In this document: positions 5,943-14,929 of the stretch, piece after piece
Numbering within the stretch: the stretch's first letter is position 1
Layout of the letters: each line of letters starts with the position of its first letter
Origin: an uncultured Clostridia bacterium
GTDB lineage: Bacteria; Bacillota; Clostridia; Oscillospirales; CAG-382
Direction of reading: 5' to 3'
Assembly: GCA_905235695.1 (NCBI GenBank)
Contig: CAJOMW010000001.1
Coordinates: 959 to 48,188 of the forward strand
Length of the DNA stretch: 47,230 bases
Made by a program: the position numbers and the translations under genes
Notes under the pieces: generated by a model
Told to the model about the DNA's origin: nothing
What the model saw: only the letters and a program-made list of their open reading frames with translations
Databases searched by the model: none

Positions 5943-5958
5943 ATTTTTGGGTGGTATT

Positions 5959-6690
5959 ATGAGCATAAACACGATAGAACTTATAGTATGGTCACTTTTT
6001 GCGGCGATAACGGTTGCGGTGCTGTATGCGTTTTTCATGCAGAAATCCGTGTCGGGTCTTGCTAAAAAGCTGATAGACAGCTCGGCTTTGTCAAAAGACT
6101 GCGCAAAGACGCTGAGCGAACTCGGATACAAGGACGGTATAGCCTCGAAGGTCACCGCATTTTTTGCCGCCGGCGGCTCGTATCTCGCGCGCTGTATAGT
6201 AAAGGTCGGCAGAAACGATAAAAACGATAAAAACACGGGCGAAAGTGATTTGCTCTTTGTAAAAAAAGAGCCGCTGAAGTACTATATCCCCGAAGAAAAA
6301 GTCGACAAAGTATTCAATAAGCATCTGAACGACAAGATGTCGCCTAAATACCTCATCCTGTCCATCGCCGTGCTTCTCATCCTTGCGCTTGTCGCAGGAA
6401 CGGTTATAAATTTCCTCATGTCTACCGCGTCAAACGCATTCAGCGGAATAGGAAACGCCCCCGTCGGCACGGCATCCGAGAGCGATTCACTGCTCGACGA
6501 GCAGGAAAAGCTCACAGAAGAAGAGGAGACAGCAAAGGAAGCGGAAGCCGAAGGCGCAGAAGAATCGGAAGGCGAAAGCGCAGAAAAGCCTGACGAAAAT
6601 ACGGATGAAAATTCGCCCGGCGGCGCACAGGAGACGACCGCAAATGAAGAGACAGGCGACAGCTCCGCAGAAACCGACGCCGCTCAGTAA
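5959..6690 (+). CDS. Hypothetical membrane protein with two TM segments and a long acidic, low-complexity C-terminal tail
   Basis: The ORF track starts at TTG 5947. The ATG at 5959 follows GGGTGG. There are hydrophobic segments near the N-terminus and around residue 140. The tail is rich in E, T and A. Confidence 0.6.
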   Translation: MSINTIELIVWSLFAAITVAVLYAFFMQKSVSGLAKKLIDSSALSKDCAKTLSELGYKDGIASKVTAFFAAGGSYLARCIVKVGRNDKNDKNTGESDLLFVKKEPLKYYIPEEKVDKVFNKHLNDKMSPKYLILSIAVLLILALVAGTVINFLMSTASNAFSGIGNAPVGTASESDSLLDEQEKLTEEEETAKEAEAEGAEESEGESAEKPDENTDENSPGGAQETTANEETGDSSAETDAAQ

Positions 6691-6729
6691 ACCGAAACCA
6701 AATACTCTCTGTAAAGGAAGGAAAACATC

Positions 6730-7635
6730 ATGCCAAACGCCGCAAGAAGAAAAACAAGAAGAAAAGTCAATCCGTTTGCGCTCGTTATACTCGTTGCGCT
6801 CATTCTCATTGCCATAGCCGGAATAATCGCATACTCGGTCGGGTACAGATATATAAGCGACTCGGGTGTAAAGTTTTCGGGAACGGTCAAAAACGGTCAG
6901 CCGGTGAGCGGAACGGTAAAATACGCCGACGGCACCTCCGGAAAGCTCAAAAAGGACGCCGATTCCCCTTACGGAACTATTGTCTACAATACCGGCGACG
7001 TTTACGAGGGTGCGATAAGTGGTATTCTTCGCAGCGGCAAGGGCAAGATAACGTATAAGGAGAGCGGCGCTGTGTACGAGGGAGATTTTCTTGATGATAA
7101 GCTCACCGGAAACGCCTCCGTAACCTCCGACGACGGCTACTCTTACGTAGGAAGCGTCGTGGACGGCAAAAAAGACGGCGTCGGAAAATTCGTTTTTCCC
7201 GACGGCTCATACTACTACGGCGAGTGGTCAAATGACAAGAAAAACGGCAAGGGCGAATACCACTATGCGAGCGGTGCGGTGTATTACGGCACTTACGTAG
7301 ACGATAAGAGAAGCGGCAGCGAGATAGTGACTGTCCAGCTTGAGAACGGAATGCTTTATACCGGAAAGTGCAGACAGACCTTTGCGAATGGCGACGAGTA
7401 CGTGGGAGATTTTGTAAACGACCGCAGAACCGGCAAGGGAACGTATAAGTTTGCGACGGGCGACGTGTACGAGGGAGACTTCGTGGACGGAGTGATGAAC
7501 GGCTACGGAACTTACAGATTCGGCGCCGGCGGAACGCCCTATACAGGTTACTTTGAAAACGGTCAGATAAAGGAGAGCGATAGCACGCTTCCCGAAACCG
7601 CCGCAGACGAAAATACCGGAGAGAACAATGGCTGA
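6730..7635 (+). CDS. Membrane-anchored MORN-repeat protein
   Basis: 301 aa. An N-terminal basic stretch and TM helix are followed by about 8 repeats of YxGxxxxGxxxGxG (for example YEGDFVDGVMNGYGTY). Confidence 0.8.
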   Translation: MPNAARRKTRRKVNPFALVILVALILIAIAGIIAYSVGYRYISDSGVKFSGTVKNGQPVSGTVKYADGTSGKLKKDADSPYGTIVYNTGDVYEGAISGILRSGKGKITYKESGAVYEGDFLDDKLTGNASVTSDDGYSYVGSVVDGKKDGVGKFVFPDGSYYYGEWSNDKKNGKGEYHYASGAVYYGTYVDDKRSGSEIVTVQLENGMLYTGKCRQTFANGDEYVGDFVNDRRTGKGTYKFATGDVYEGDFVDGVMNGYGTYRFGAGGTPYTGYFENGQIKESDSTLPETAADENTGENNG

Positions 7636-8413
7636 CGGTGAAAAGTGTCTGCTGGAAGGGATAATATCCGTAAAAGCGGCGGTATCGTCCGGAAAGCGAA
7701 AGATAGAAAAAGTATACGTTGATGCGGAAAAGAAGAGCAAGCGTGACCGCAAGATAATACAGCTGCTCTCGTTTCTGAAGGAGACGGGAACGCCGTTTGA
7801 GGTGTCGGCGCGGGAGAATATCGACGAGATAGCTTCGGCTTATCCCGATTTCGGTCACTCTCACGGCGGAGTTATAGCAATAGCGTCTGAGCGTGTATTC
7901 GATGACCTTGAAGGAATGCTTAGGAGCGCAAAAGACGGGGAATACATAGTTTTCCTCGACGGCGTTGAGGACCCGTACAACTTCGGCTATTCGATAAGGA
8001 CGCTGTTCGCCTTTGGCGTGCGGAATTTTATAGTCCCCTATCGCAACTGGATGAGCTCGGCAAACGTAGTTGCACGCTCGTCCGCCGGTGCGAGCGAGAT
8101 GTGCGGCATTGCCGCCGCTCTCGAAGACGACAGGGAGACGGCTCGGCTGATAAAGGATAGCGGACTTGACATAGTATGCTCGGCGGTGGCGGCAAACTCG
8201 GTGTCGGTGTATGACTTTAAGAGCGACAGGCCGTATGTTCTGATAATAGGCGGCGAAAAGCGGGGAATATCAAGGGACTTTATGGACGAAGCGGACAAGA
8301 TCGTCCACATACCGTACAGAAACGATGATGCGAGGTACTCTCTGCCGACCGCATCGGTGTGTGCGGTGTACGGAGCGGTTTTGGCGAAAAATCCGAAGGA
8401 TTTTTCGCAGTGA
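7628..8413 (+). CDS. TrmH/SpoU-family RNA 2'-O-methyltransferase (RlmB-like)
   Basis: 261 aa with an 8-nt overlap with the upstream gene. SpoU-type motifs LDGVEDPYNFG, LIIGGEKRGIS and IPYRNDDARYSLPTASV are present. The last 9 codons are encoded by the repeat hairpin at 8384-8408. Confidence 0.8.
   Translation: MADGEKCLLEGIISVKAAVSSGKRKIEKVYVDAEKKSKRDRKIIQLLSFLKETGTPFEVSARENIDEIASAYPDFGHSHGGVIAIASERVFDDLEGMLRSAKDGEYIVFLDGVEDPYNFGYSIRTLFAFGVRNFIVPYRNWMSSANVVARSSAGASEMCGIAAALEDDRETARLIKDSGLDIVCSAVAANSVSVYDFKSDRPYVLIIGGEKRGISRDFMDEADKIVHIPYRNDDARYSLPTASVCAVYGAVLAKNPKDFSQ
8384..8408. repeat. Perfect 11-bp hairpin GCGAAAAATCC-GAA-GGATTTTTCGC; third copy of the AAAATCC-GAA-GGATTTT module, followed by degenerate heptamers AGTGAAG AATGAAG AGAGAAG (8409-8429)
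   Basis: Direct reading. It lies inside the 3' end of the TrmH-family CDS. Confidence 0.85.
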
Positions 8414-8481
8414 AGAATGAAGAGAGAAGAGAGCATAGAAAATGTACAAAAAACAGTGGTTTTTTTTGAGAGATAAGATTG

Positions 8482-8506
8482 AGCGGACGGAAAGCGTCCG
8501 CTTTTG
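8482..8506 (+). terminator. Intrinsic terminator AGCGGACG-GAAAG-CGTCCGCT followed by TTTGT
   Basis: An 8-bp GC-rich stem plus a T-run, 69 nt after the TrmH-family stop. Confidence 0.7.
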
Positions 8507-8558
8507 TATGCTTTTATATGAAAATTTATAATTATTTTATTAAATCCGCCATTTTTTG

Positions 8559-8587
8559 TAGACAAAGCGGATTTTTTATGATATAAT
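8559..8587 (+). promoter_or_regulatory. Sigma-A-type promoter TAGACA-17-TATAAT with extended -10 (TGATATAAT) upstream of the envelope-polysaccharide cluster
   Basis: Hexamers and 17-nt spacing are read directly. It lies 47 nt upstream of the ATG at 8634. Confidence 0.6.
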
Positions 8588-8633
8588 GATATGTGTAAAG
8601 TCATAAATTTACTTCCTGTGGAGGAAACTTTAT

Positions 8634-9179
8634 ATGAAAAGACCGCTCGGCGAATATTTTACAATTTGTTTTACACTTTTTAGAGGCTTATTTAAGAAGG
8701 TGCGCTTCACTAAATGTGGAAGGCTCCTGAGAGTCCATAAGAGGGTGCGCATCTTAAAGCACAACTGCGATATAAACGTAGGAAACAAGGTGCAGATATA
8801 CCGCGACGTAAAGCTGAGCGGCGCAAACGGCAAGAGAGCGGTCATGGACATAGGCAGCGGAGTTGCTATCGGCGACAGGACCGAAATACACGCCGGCGAG
8901 CGTGTGACGATAGGCGACGGAACGCTTATTTCATGGGACTGCTGTATAATGGACAGGGATTACCACAAGCTCATGAGCGAGACCGAGGCAACCGGTCCCG
9001 TGACGATAGGCAAGCACGTATGGATAGGCTGTAATTCGCTCATACTCAAGGGCGTTACGATAGGGGACGGCGCTGTAATCGCGGCAGGCTCAGTGGTCAC
9101 AAAAGACGTTCCCGAAAAGGCAGTAGTCGGAGGAAACCCCGCAAAGATAATCAAAGAGGATGTATACTGGAATGAATAA
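8634..9179 (+). CDS. Hexapeptide-repeat (left-handed beta-helix) acyl/acetyltransferase
   Basis: 181 aa. Repeated [LIV]G-x4 hexapeptides ([22 protein letters not shown]...[27 protein letters not shown]) and the C-terminal [11 protein letters not shown] motif are present. Confidence 0.85.
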   Translation: MKRPLGEYFTICFTLFRGLFKKVRFTKCGRLLRVHKRVRILKHNCDINVGNKVQIYRDVKLSGANGKRAVMDIGSGVAIGDRTEIHAGERVTIGDGTLISWDCCIMDRDYHKLMSETEATGPVTIGKHVWIGCNSLILKGVTIGDGAVIAAGSVVTKDVPEKAVVGGNPAKIIKEDVYWNE

Positions 9180-10728
9180 GGACGCTTCAAAGACAAAGAC
9201 CATTGCTACCTCCGTCAGCTACGTGACGGTAATAATGATACTTTCAAGGATGCTTGCTTTTGTATCCAATCAGATAGCTCTTACCACCTACGGTACCGGC
9301 GGATATATGGATATATACTCCTATGTCACGACAATTCCGAACACCATATTCAATGTATTCGGAACGGCGCTCGGTACGGTGGTAATACCGATATACGCAG
9401 GACACCTTGCAAAGGGCGAGGATAAGGAGGCCGCACGCTTCGCAAACAATATAATAACCATATCGACGGCGTTTACGGCGGTTCTGGTGCTTATAGGCAT
9501 AGGGCTTTCTCCGCTGCTTCCGCTGCTCACCTCTTTTAATTCCGGCGAAGAGTACTCCTTTGCCGTCAAGGCGCTTATGGCAATGATGCCGATAATGATA
9601 TTTTACGGGCTGAACTACATATTCCAGGGAATTCTGCAGTCGAGGGGAAAATACGGCTGGCCGGCGTTTGTGAGCGTTCCGAGCAGCCTTGTGGTAATAA
9701 TATACGTCTTTACACTCGGCGACAAATACGGAGTTGCCGGTCTTCTTGCGGCGACGTTTATAGGTCTCTCGCTTCAGGCGCTCATACTGATACCTCCGGC
9801 TATTGCCTCGGGCTTCAGATACAGACCGTCGTTTGAGATAAAAAACGAGGACCTTATAACGGCGTACAAAATGACGCTCCCGATAATACTCGGCGTCTCC
9901 GCATACCAGTTCAATATGTTTTTCAACGCACAGATGATAGCGAATTTCGACGGCATGGTCTCGCTGACAAACACCGTTCAGCACATGGTCGTTTACATGG
10001 TGCTCGCATTCGTTTATTCGGTGACGGCAGTCGTGTATCCGCGTCTTTCCGCAAGCGTGTCGAAAGGGAACATGGACGAATACAAGCAGACAATTTCGGT
10101 CGTTCTCAAGGCAATGACGGCGCTGCTCTTGCCGGTGACCTTCGGCTTTATCGCAGTCAGAAGGCCGCTCCTTCAGCTCGTGCTCAACTGGGGAGAGATA
10201 ACCGATACGGACATAAACAGGGCGGTGATACTTCTCGTCATTTATTCTGTAAGCATAATAGGCGTTGGACTTAAAGAAGTGATTGACCGGGCGTTCTATG
10301 CGATAAAGAGCACGATTATTCCCGCTGTAAACGGCGTTGTTATAATGGTGGTAAACGTAGTCCTCGGAATCGTGCTTATAAACTTTTTCGGCGCATACGG
10401 AATCCCGGCGGCATACTCCGCGGCGGCTATAATCGGACTTATAGTTCAGCTCATATTGCTGAAAAAGAAGATAGGGACGTTCTGTCCGGGGCTCGGAGCG
10501 GATTTCATAAAGTGTTTGATATCATCAATAGCCATGGCGGCGGCGGCAACGGCGGCGGAATACGGAATGGACATGCTTTTGAAGAGCGACGGGGTTGCAA
10601 TGAGAATAATAAAGCTCGGCGTTCCGGTTGCTATAGGCGTTATCGTTTACGCAATTCTTGTTATTATTCTTAAAGTAAGTGTGGTAAGTCCTGTAATAGA
10701 TAAAGTAAAGAGTATCTTAAAAAAGTAA
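9172..10728 (+). CDS. MurJ/MviN-family (MOP superfamily) lipid-linked glycan flippase
   Basis: The ORF track starts at 9160. The ATG at 9172 overlaps the upstream stop. There are about 14 TM segments, and the N-terminal [41 protein letters not shown] pattern is typical of MurJ. Confidence 0.8.
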   Translation: MNKDASKTKTIATSVSYVTVIMILSRMLAFVSNQIALTTYGTGGYMDIYSYVTTIPNTIFNVFGTALGTVVIPIYAGHLAKGEDKEAARFANNIITISTAFTAVLVLIGIGLSPLLPLLTSFNSGEEYSFAVKALMAMMPIMIFYGLNYIFQGILQSRGKYGWPAFVSVPSSLVVIIYVFTLGDKYGVAGLLAATFIGLSLQALILIPPAIASGFRYRPSFEIKNEDLITAYKMTLPIILGVSAYQFNMFFNAQMIANFDGMVSLTNTVQHMVVYMVLAFVYSVTAVVYPRLSASVSKGNMDEYKQTISVVLKAMTALLLPVTFGFIAVRRPLLQLVLNWGEITDTDINRAVILLVIYSVSIIGVGLKEVIDRAFYAIKSTIIPAVNGVVIMVVNVVLGIVLINFFGAYGIPAAYSAAAIIGLIVQLILLKKKIGTFCPGLGADFIKCLISSIAMAAAATAAEYGMDMLLKSDGVAMRIIKLGVPVAIGVIVYAILVIILKVSVVSPVIDKVKSILKK

Positions 10729-10749
10729 GATAAAAGGTAGGATAGAGTT

Positions 10750-11286
10750 TTGAAGAAATTTCTCAGAGCCGTAGGATATATCCTATATTATTTCATCGCG
10801 CGGCATCTTCCGTGTTCGGGACTGCCGTACAGTCTCGGAGCAAAGGGCTTTCGGGGATTTTGCGCAAGACTTATGCTCGACAAGTGCGGAAAGAACGTCA
10901 ATATCGAACACGACGCATTTTTTGCGTCGGGCAAGGGCATTGAGATAGGAAACAATTCCGGAATAGGGCTTAATTGCAGAGTTGCGGGACCTCTCAGTAT
11001 AGGGGACGACGTAATGATGGCGCCGAACGTCACGATAGTGACGCAGAACCATGAGGTTTCGGATCTGTCTGTGCCCATGCGCCTCCAGACAGCACCCAAA
11101 AAGAAAGTGACGATAGGCAATGACGTGTGGATAGGCACGAACGTCGTCATAATGCCGGGAATAAATATAGGCAGCGGCGTCATAATCGGCGCAGGAGCCG
11201 TCGTGACAAAAGACATTCCTGACTATGCGATAGTCGGGGGCGTACCCGCAAGGATAATAAAGTTCAGAAACCAAAATAACGACTGA
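10750..11286 (+). CDS. Second hexapeptide-repeat O-acetyltransferase (LacA/NodL/CysE-like)
   Basis: 178 aa with a TTG start after AAGGTAGGA. Hexapeptide repeats and the C-terminal IVGGVPARIIKFR motif are present. Confidence 0.85.
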   Translation: MKKFLRAVGYILYYFIARHLPCSGLPYSLGAKGFRGFCARLMLDKCGKNVNIEHDAFFASGKGIEIGNNSGIGLNCRVAGPLSIGDDVMMAPNVTIVTQNHEVSDLSVPMRLQTAPKKKVTIGNDVWIGTNVVIMPGINIGSGVIIGAGAVVTKDIPDYAIVGGVPARIIKFRNQNND

Positions 11287-11300
11287 AATGAGGTCTTGAT

Positions 11301-12398
11301 TTGAGAATACTGTATCTTATCAACCACGCCGGAAAGGCAGGTACGGAAAAGTATATATACAACCTCGTCAAGAGGTTTAACGGAACGGAAACAGAGTGCT
11401 TTTTCGCCTTTAACGAGGGCGGGCTTCTCTACGAGCAGATGGATGACATGGGCGTTCCGTGCTTCCAGATAGACATGAAGAACCCGTTTGACCTGAAGGC
11501 GGCGAAAAGACTTGCGGGTATATGCCGCTCAAACAAAATAGATATAATCCACTCGCACTACCCGAGGGAAAATTACATCGCCGTCCTCTCCCGTCTGTTT
11601 TACCGTAAGACAAAGGCGATATATACCTGCCACCTGACACTGAAAACGGGATTTTCATGGTGGGTGACGAATCACCTGATAACTCCGCACAACGCAAAGA
11701 TAATAGCCGTCTGCAACAACGCAAAGGAGCTTCTCGTCTCAAACGGCGTCAGCCCGAGGAAGATAGACGTCATATTCAACGGAATACCAGACTCCGACGG
11801 TCCGTATCCTAAGTCGACCATAAGGAGCGAGCTTGGAATACCGGACGACGCCTTCGTCATATCTATCCTCGCAAGGTATCACATGTCAAAAGGCCTCGAT
11901 TTTCTCGTCGATAGCATAGCCGAGCTTGACAAGATGATAAAGCGCAAGTACGTTCTTCTCATAGCAGGTGACGGAGAGTACTTTGAGGATATAAAGGCAC
12001 AGATAAAGAGGCTCGGGCTTGAGGATAAAGTATTACAGCTCGGGTTCAGGAGCGACACTGAAAACATCCTCCTTGGCTCGGACGTATACGTCAATTCTTC
12101 GAAGTGTTACGAAGCTCTCAGCTTTGCGATACTCGAGGCAATGGCAAAGAGCCTTCCGCTCGTGGTTACAAATGCCGGAGGAAATCCCGACATAGTAAAC
12201 GAAAAGACCGACTGCGGATTTATCGTAGAATACGGCGACCGGGAGGCGTTTGCAAAGGCACTCTGCACACTCAGCGAGGACGAAGAGCTGAGGATGAGGT
12301 TTGCCGCGAACGCAAAGAAGGCGACAAAGGAGATATTCAACCTCGAAAACGTACTTCTTGAGACGCTCGAAGAATATAAGAGCGTAGTAGGCGAATAA
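11301..12398 (+). CDS. Glycosyltransferase family 4 (GT-B, group 1)
   Basis: 365 aa with a TTG start after GAGG. The N-terminal RILYLINHAGKAGTEKY and the C-terminal EALSFAILEAMAKSLPLVVTNAGGNPDIV (E-x7-E region) are present. Confidence 0.85.
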   Translation: MRILYLINHAGKAGTEKYIYNLVKRFNGTETECFFAFNEGGLLYEQMDDMGVPCFQIDMKNPFDLKAAKRLAGICRSNKIDIIHSHYPRENYIAVLSRLFYRKTKAIYTCHLTLKTGFSWWVTNHLITPHNAKIIAVCNNAKELLVSNGVSPRKIDVIFNGIPDSDGPYPKSTIRSELGIPDDAFVISILARYHMSKGLDFLVDSIAELDKMIKRKYVLLIAGDGEYFEDIKAQIKRLGLEDKVLQLGFRSDTENILLGSDVYVNSSKCYEALSFAILEAMAKSLPLVVTNAGGNPDIVNEKTDCGFIVEYGDREAFAKALCTLSEDEELRMRFAANAKKATKEIFNLENVLLETLEEYKSVVGE

Positions 12399-12449
12399 TA
12401 ATAACGGGTACACAAAATCCAAATAAATCACTTTTAAGGAGAAAAGACA

Positions 12450-13304
12450 ATGTTAAAGAACGGAAAACTCTTCGGAAAGATCAACGTTATTGATTTTCTG
12501 GTCATAATTGTAATAGTCATTGCGATAGCGGCGGCACTGGTATTTTTCCTGATGCCGAGAAACCAGGGCGACACGCTAATAATGAAGTACCGCATTGAGG
12601 AAGTCGACACATTTGTCGCTTCAAAGGTACACGTAGACGACGAGCTTTACGACGACACCTTCTCGATAGATCTCGGATATGTAACGGACGTGGAAATAGA
12701 CGACTCCATATCCTACGTTGCTGCCGAGGACGGCATATACAAGATTGGCTCCAAAGACGGCTACTACTCGATGGTAATAACAGGTGAGGTACAAGGTAAA
12801 AAGACTAACCTCGGCGCAGAGATAGGCGGAAAAAAGTACGGCGTAGGTCACTCATTCGTGCTGAGAGCCGGAGACGCTAAGCTGTATCTGAGAGTTTACG
12901 ACATACAGGTAAAGACGGACGACGGCGACACCGACAAGACGAGCGATGGCAGCGAAGCGGTTCTCACCGACGCAAATATAACCTTGTATACAGCGGAAAT
13001 CGAGGACTTTATAGCAGACAATGTTTCGGAAGGCGATGCGGTCAAAAAGGTCGGCAGAAAAGCGGTACTCGGAAATATAATCTCTGTTGAGAAGGGCGAG
13101 GCAAAGGCATTTGCGGAGACAGCTGAGGGGCTTGTGCCATCCGCAAAGGAGGGCTTTAGCTCACTTAAGATAAATTGCAGCGTAAAGGGCGAGCTGTCAG
13201 ACGACGGCATCACGATAGACGGAAACCTTTACAGCGTTGGCGAAGAGGTCGACATACTTGCAGGAAGCTCGAGGATAACCGTCCTCGTATACTCAATAGA
13301 CTGA
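12450..13304 (+). CDS. DUF4330-like membrane-anchored protein
   Basis: 284 aa. The N-terminus KLFGKINVIDFLVIIVIVIAI is characteristic of DUF4330 proteins found in cell-envelope clusters. The family call is from memory. Confidence 0.6.
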   Translation: MLKNGKLFGKINVIDFLVIIVIVIAIAAALVFFLMPRNQGDTLIMKYRIEEVDTFVASKVHVDDELYDDTFSIDLGYVTDVEIDDSISYVAAEDGIYKIGSKDGYYSMVITGEVQGKKTNLGAEIGGKKYGVGHSFVLRAGDAKLYLRVYDIQVKTDDGDTDKTSDGSEAVLTDANITLYTAEIEDFIADNVSEGDAVKKVGRKAVLGNIISVEKGEAKAFAETAEGLVPSAKEGFSSLKINCSVKGELSDDGITIDGNLYSVGEEVDILAGSSRITVLVYSID

Positions 13305-13325
13305 TAAAAGAGGATTTGCGGAATA

Positions 13326-14864
13326 ATGGTAGAGAGCAGTAAGTTATGCTCATTTATAAAGGCAGTATTCAGAGCGCTTTTTGACAGCCGGATATATAAA
13401 TTTCTCTACTCGATCGTAGCTTTCTTTGCTGATTCCTTTGCGGCAAGCAAAACGAGAAAGGTGCTGACGGGAGGCTTTGCCTATATAGAGGACTATGCGG
13501 ACACGTCCGCGTTTTACACGGCTCTTTCAAGGGTGTGGAACGCCGTCATTGGATTTTTCGTAAAGGTGACGGAGGGCGTCGGCAAGGGCGCTGATACGAG
13601 CTTTTTCAATAAGCTTTTTGTAAAAACGGCGAGGGGTACGTTCAGTGAGCGGTACGTGCACATAGTCTCGCTGGTGAGCGTGTTTATATTTATAATACCT
13701 CACGATTTCTGGTCGAACACGTTTGGTACACTGTTTGCGGCGGTGCTGTTTATACTGTACGTCATGGCGCTCTCGTCGTGCAAAGAGGAAACAAGACCGG
13801 GAAAAAACATCAAATATATATGGCTGTGCACGATAGTTTTTGCGTTCTCGCTTCTGGTGAGCACATTCCTGAGCTATGACGTTATGGACAGCATCAGGGT
13901 ACTGCTGTTCTTCATAACGTCGTATATGCTGTGCTTTGTTATATATGCGTCTGTAAAGGACATTGGCGGACTGAATATAATAACCGGCTTTATGTACGGC
14001 GCTCTGATGCTCACATCGCTCTTAGCTCTTTTGCAGAGAGTGATGGGAGTTGAGGCGGACGCCTCTCTCACGGACCTTGCTTTAAATGAGGATATGCCCG
14101 GCAGAGTTTTCTCCACCATGGGAAATCCCAATAACTTTGCCGAATTTTTAGTGCTGTTCATGCCGTTTGCACTTGTCTTTGCGCTCAATCAAAAGGATAA
14201 GTCAAAGAGGACAGGGCTGCTTTTCGGAATGCTTGTTCCGCTTGCGGCGATCCTGCTGACGTATTCGCGCTCGGGCTGGATAGCTCTTGCAATAGCGGCG
14301 GTCGTTTTTGTGGCTATGTACGACAAGCGTCTGATACCCGTGTTTGTACTTCTCATAATAGTCGCAATACCGTTTATACCGGAAAACATTCTGAACCGCA
14401 TATTGACCATAGGAAACCTCGAAGACACTTCGAGCTCGTACAGAGTTGATATATGGACGGGCTGTCTTAAAATGCTTAAAGACTACTGGTTTACCGGAGT
14501 CGGACTCGGAACGGGAGGCTTTGCCGAGATATACCCGGGATATGCTGTCGGCGAGAGCGGAGTGGCTCCCCATTCGCACATGCACTTTATGGAGATGCTT
14601 ATAGAGCTCGGCGCACTCGGATTCATAAGCTATATCTGCATGACGTTCACGCTTATAAAGCGCTCGCTTCTCGGGGCGGCAAAGGGCGTTCCGAAAGAAA
14701 TAAGAAACGTTGCAATAGCGTCTGCGTCCTCAATGACGGGCATTGTGCTCATCGGATGCTTTGAGTACTGCTGGTTTTATCCGAGAGTCATGTTTGCGTT
14801 CTTCATCTGTGCGGGCGTCGGAATGGCGGCGGCAAAGATGAGCAGAAAGTATATTTCAGAATAA
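13326..14864 (+). CDS. O-antigen ligase/polymerase-like (Wzy_C domain) polytopic membrane protein
   Basis: 512 aa with at least 10 TM segments. The TYSRSGWIALAIAAVV motif and a periplasmic loop with HSHMHFMEMLIELG are present. Confidence 0.75.
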   Translation: MVESSKLCSFIKAVFRALFDSRIYKFLYSIVAFFADSFAASKTRKVLTGGFAYIEDYADTSAFYTALSRVWNAVIGFFVKVTEGVGKGADTSFFNKLFVKTARGTFSERYVHIVSLVSVFIFIIPHDFWSNTFGTLFAAVLFILYVMALSSCKEETRPGKNIKYIWLCTIVFAFSLLVSTFLSYDVMDSIRVLLFFITSYMLCFVIYASVKDIGGLNIITGFMYGALMLTSLLALLQRVMGVEADASLTDLALNEDMPGRVFSTMGNPNNFAEFLVLFMPFALVFALNQKDKSKRTGLLFGMLVPLAAILLTYSRSGWIALAIAAVVFVAMYDKRLIPVFVLLIIVAIPFIPENILNRILTIGNLEDTSSSYRVDIWTGCLKMLKDYWFTGVGLGTGGFAEIYPGYAVGESGVAPHSHMHFMEMLIELGALGFISYICMTFTLIKRSLLGAAKGVPKEIRNVAIASASSMTGIVLIGCFEYCWFYPRVMFAFFICAGVGMAAAKMSRKYISE

Positions 14865-14870
14865 GATATG

Positions 14871-14903
14871 TGCCGTGCGCTATCCTATGGGTACCGCACG
14901 GCA
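14871..14903 (+). other. Intercistronic hairpin TGCCGTGCG-(15 nt)-CGCACGGCA without a U-tract
   Basis: A 9-bp perfect stem is read directly between the ligase-like gene and the GT4-CsaB gene. Confidence 0.5.
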
Positions 14904-14929
14904 AAGGCATATAAAAAGGGAATGATGAA

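Larger units (their letters stand above)
5536..5945. mobile_element. MITE-like composite non-coding element: heptamer-array termini (perfect 17-bp inverted repeat, 5551-5567 vs 5924-5940) enclosing hairpins, the conserved box and a structured module; no ORF
   Basis: The inverted termini are read directly. AACTGAATT occurs at 5527-5535 and 5937-5945. Part of the element recurs inverted at 1-265. Confidence 0.5.

Noticed and set aside
7103-7864. 253-aa and 174-aa ORFs on the minus strand
   Set aside because: They are antisense to the MORN-repeat and TrmH-family genes. Their Arg/Ser-rich, low-complexity products mirror the Gly/Asp/Tyr repeats on the coding strand.
8440-8529. 29-codon ORF (MYKKQWFFLRDKIERTESVRFCMLLYENL) downstream of the TrmH-family gene
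   Set aside because: It has no convincing SD, it spans the terminator hairpin, and its composition is dictated by the T-run and hairpin sequence.
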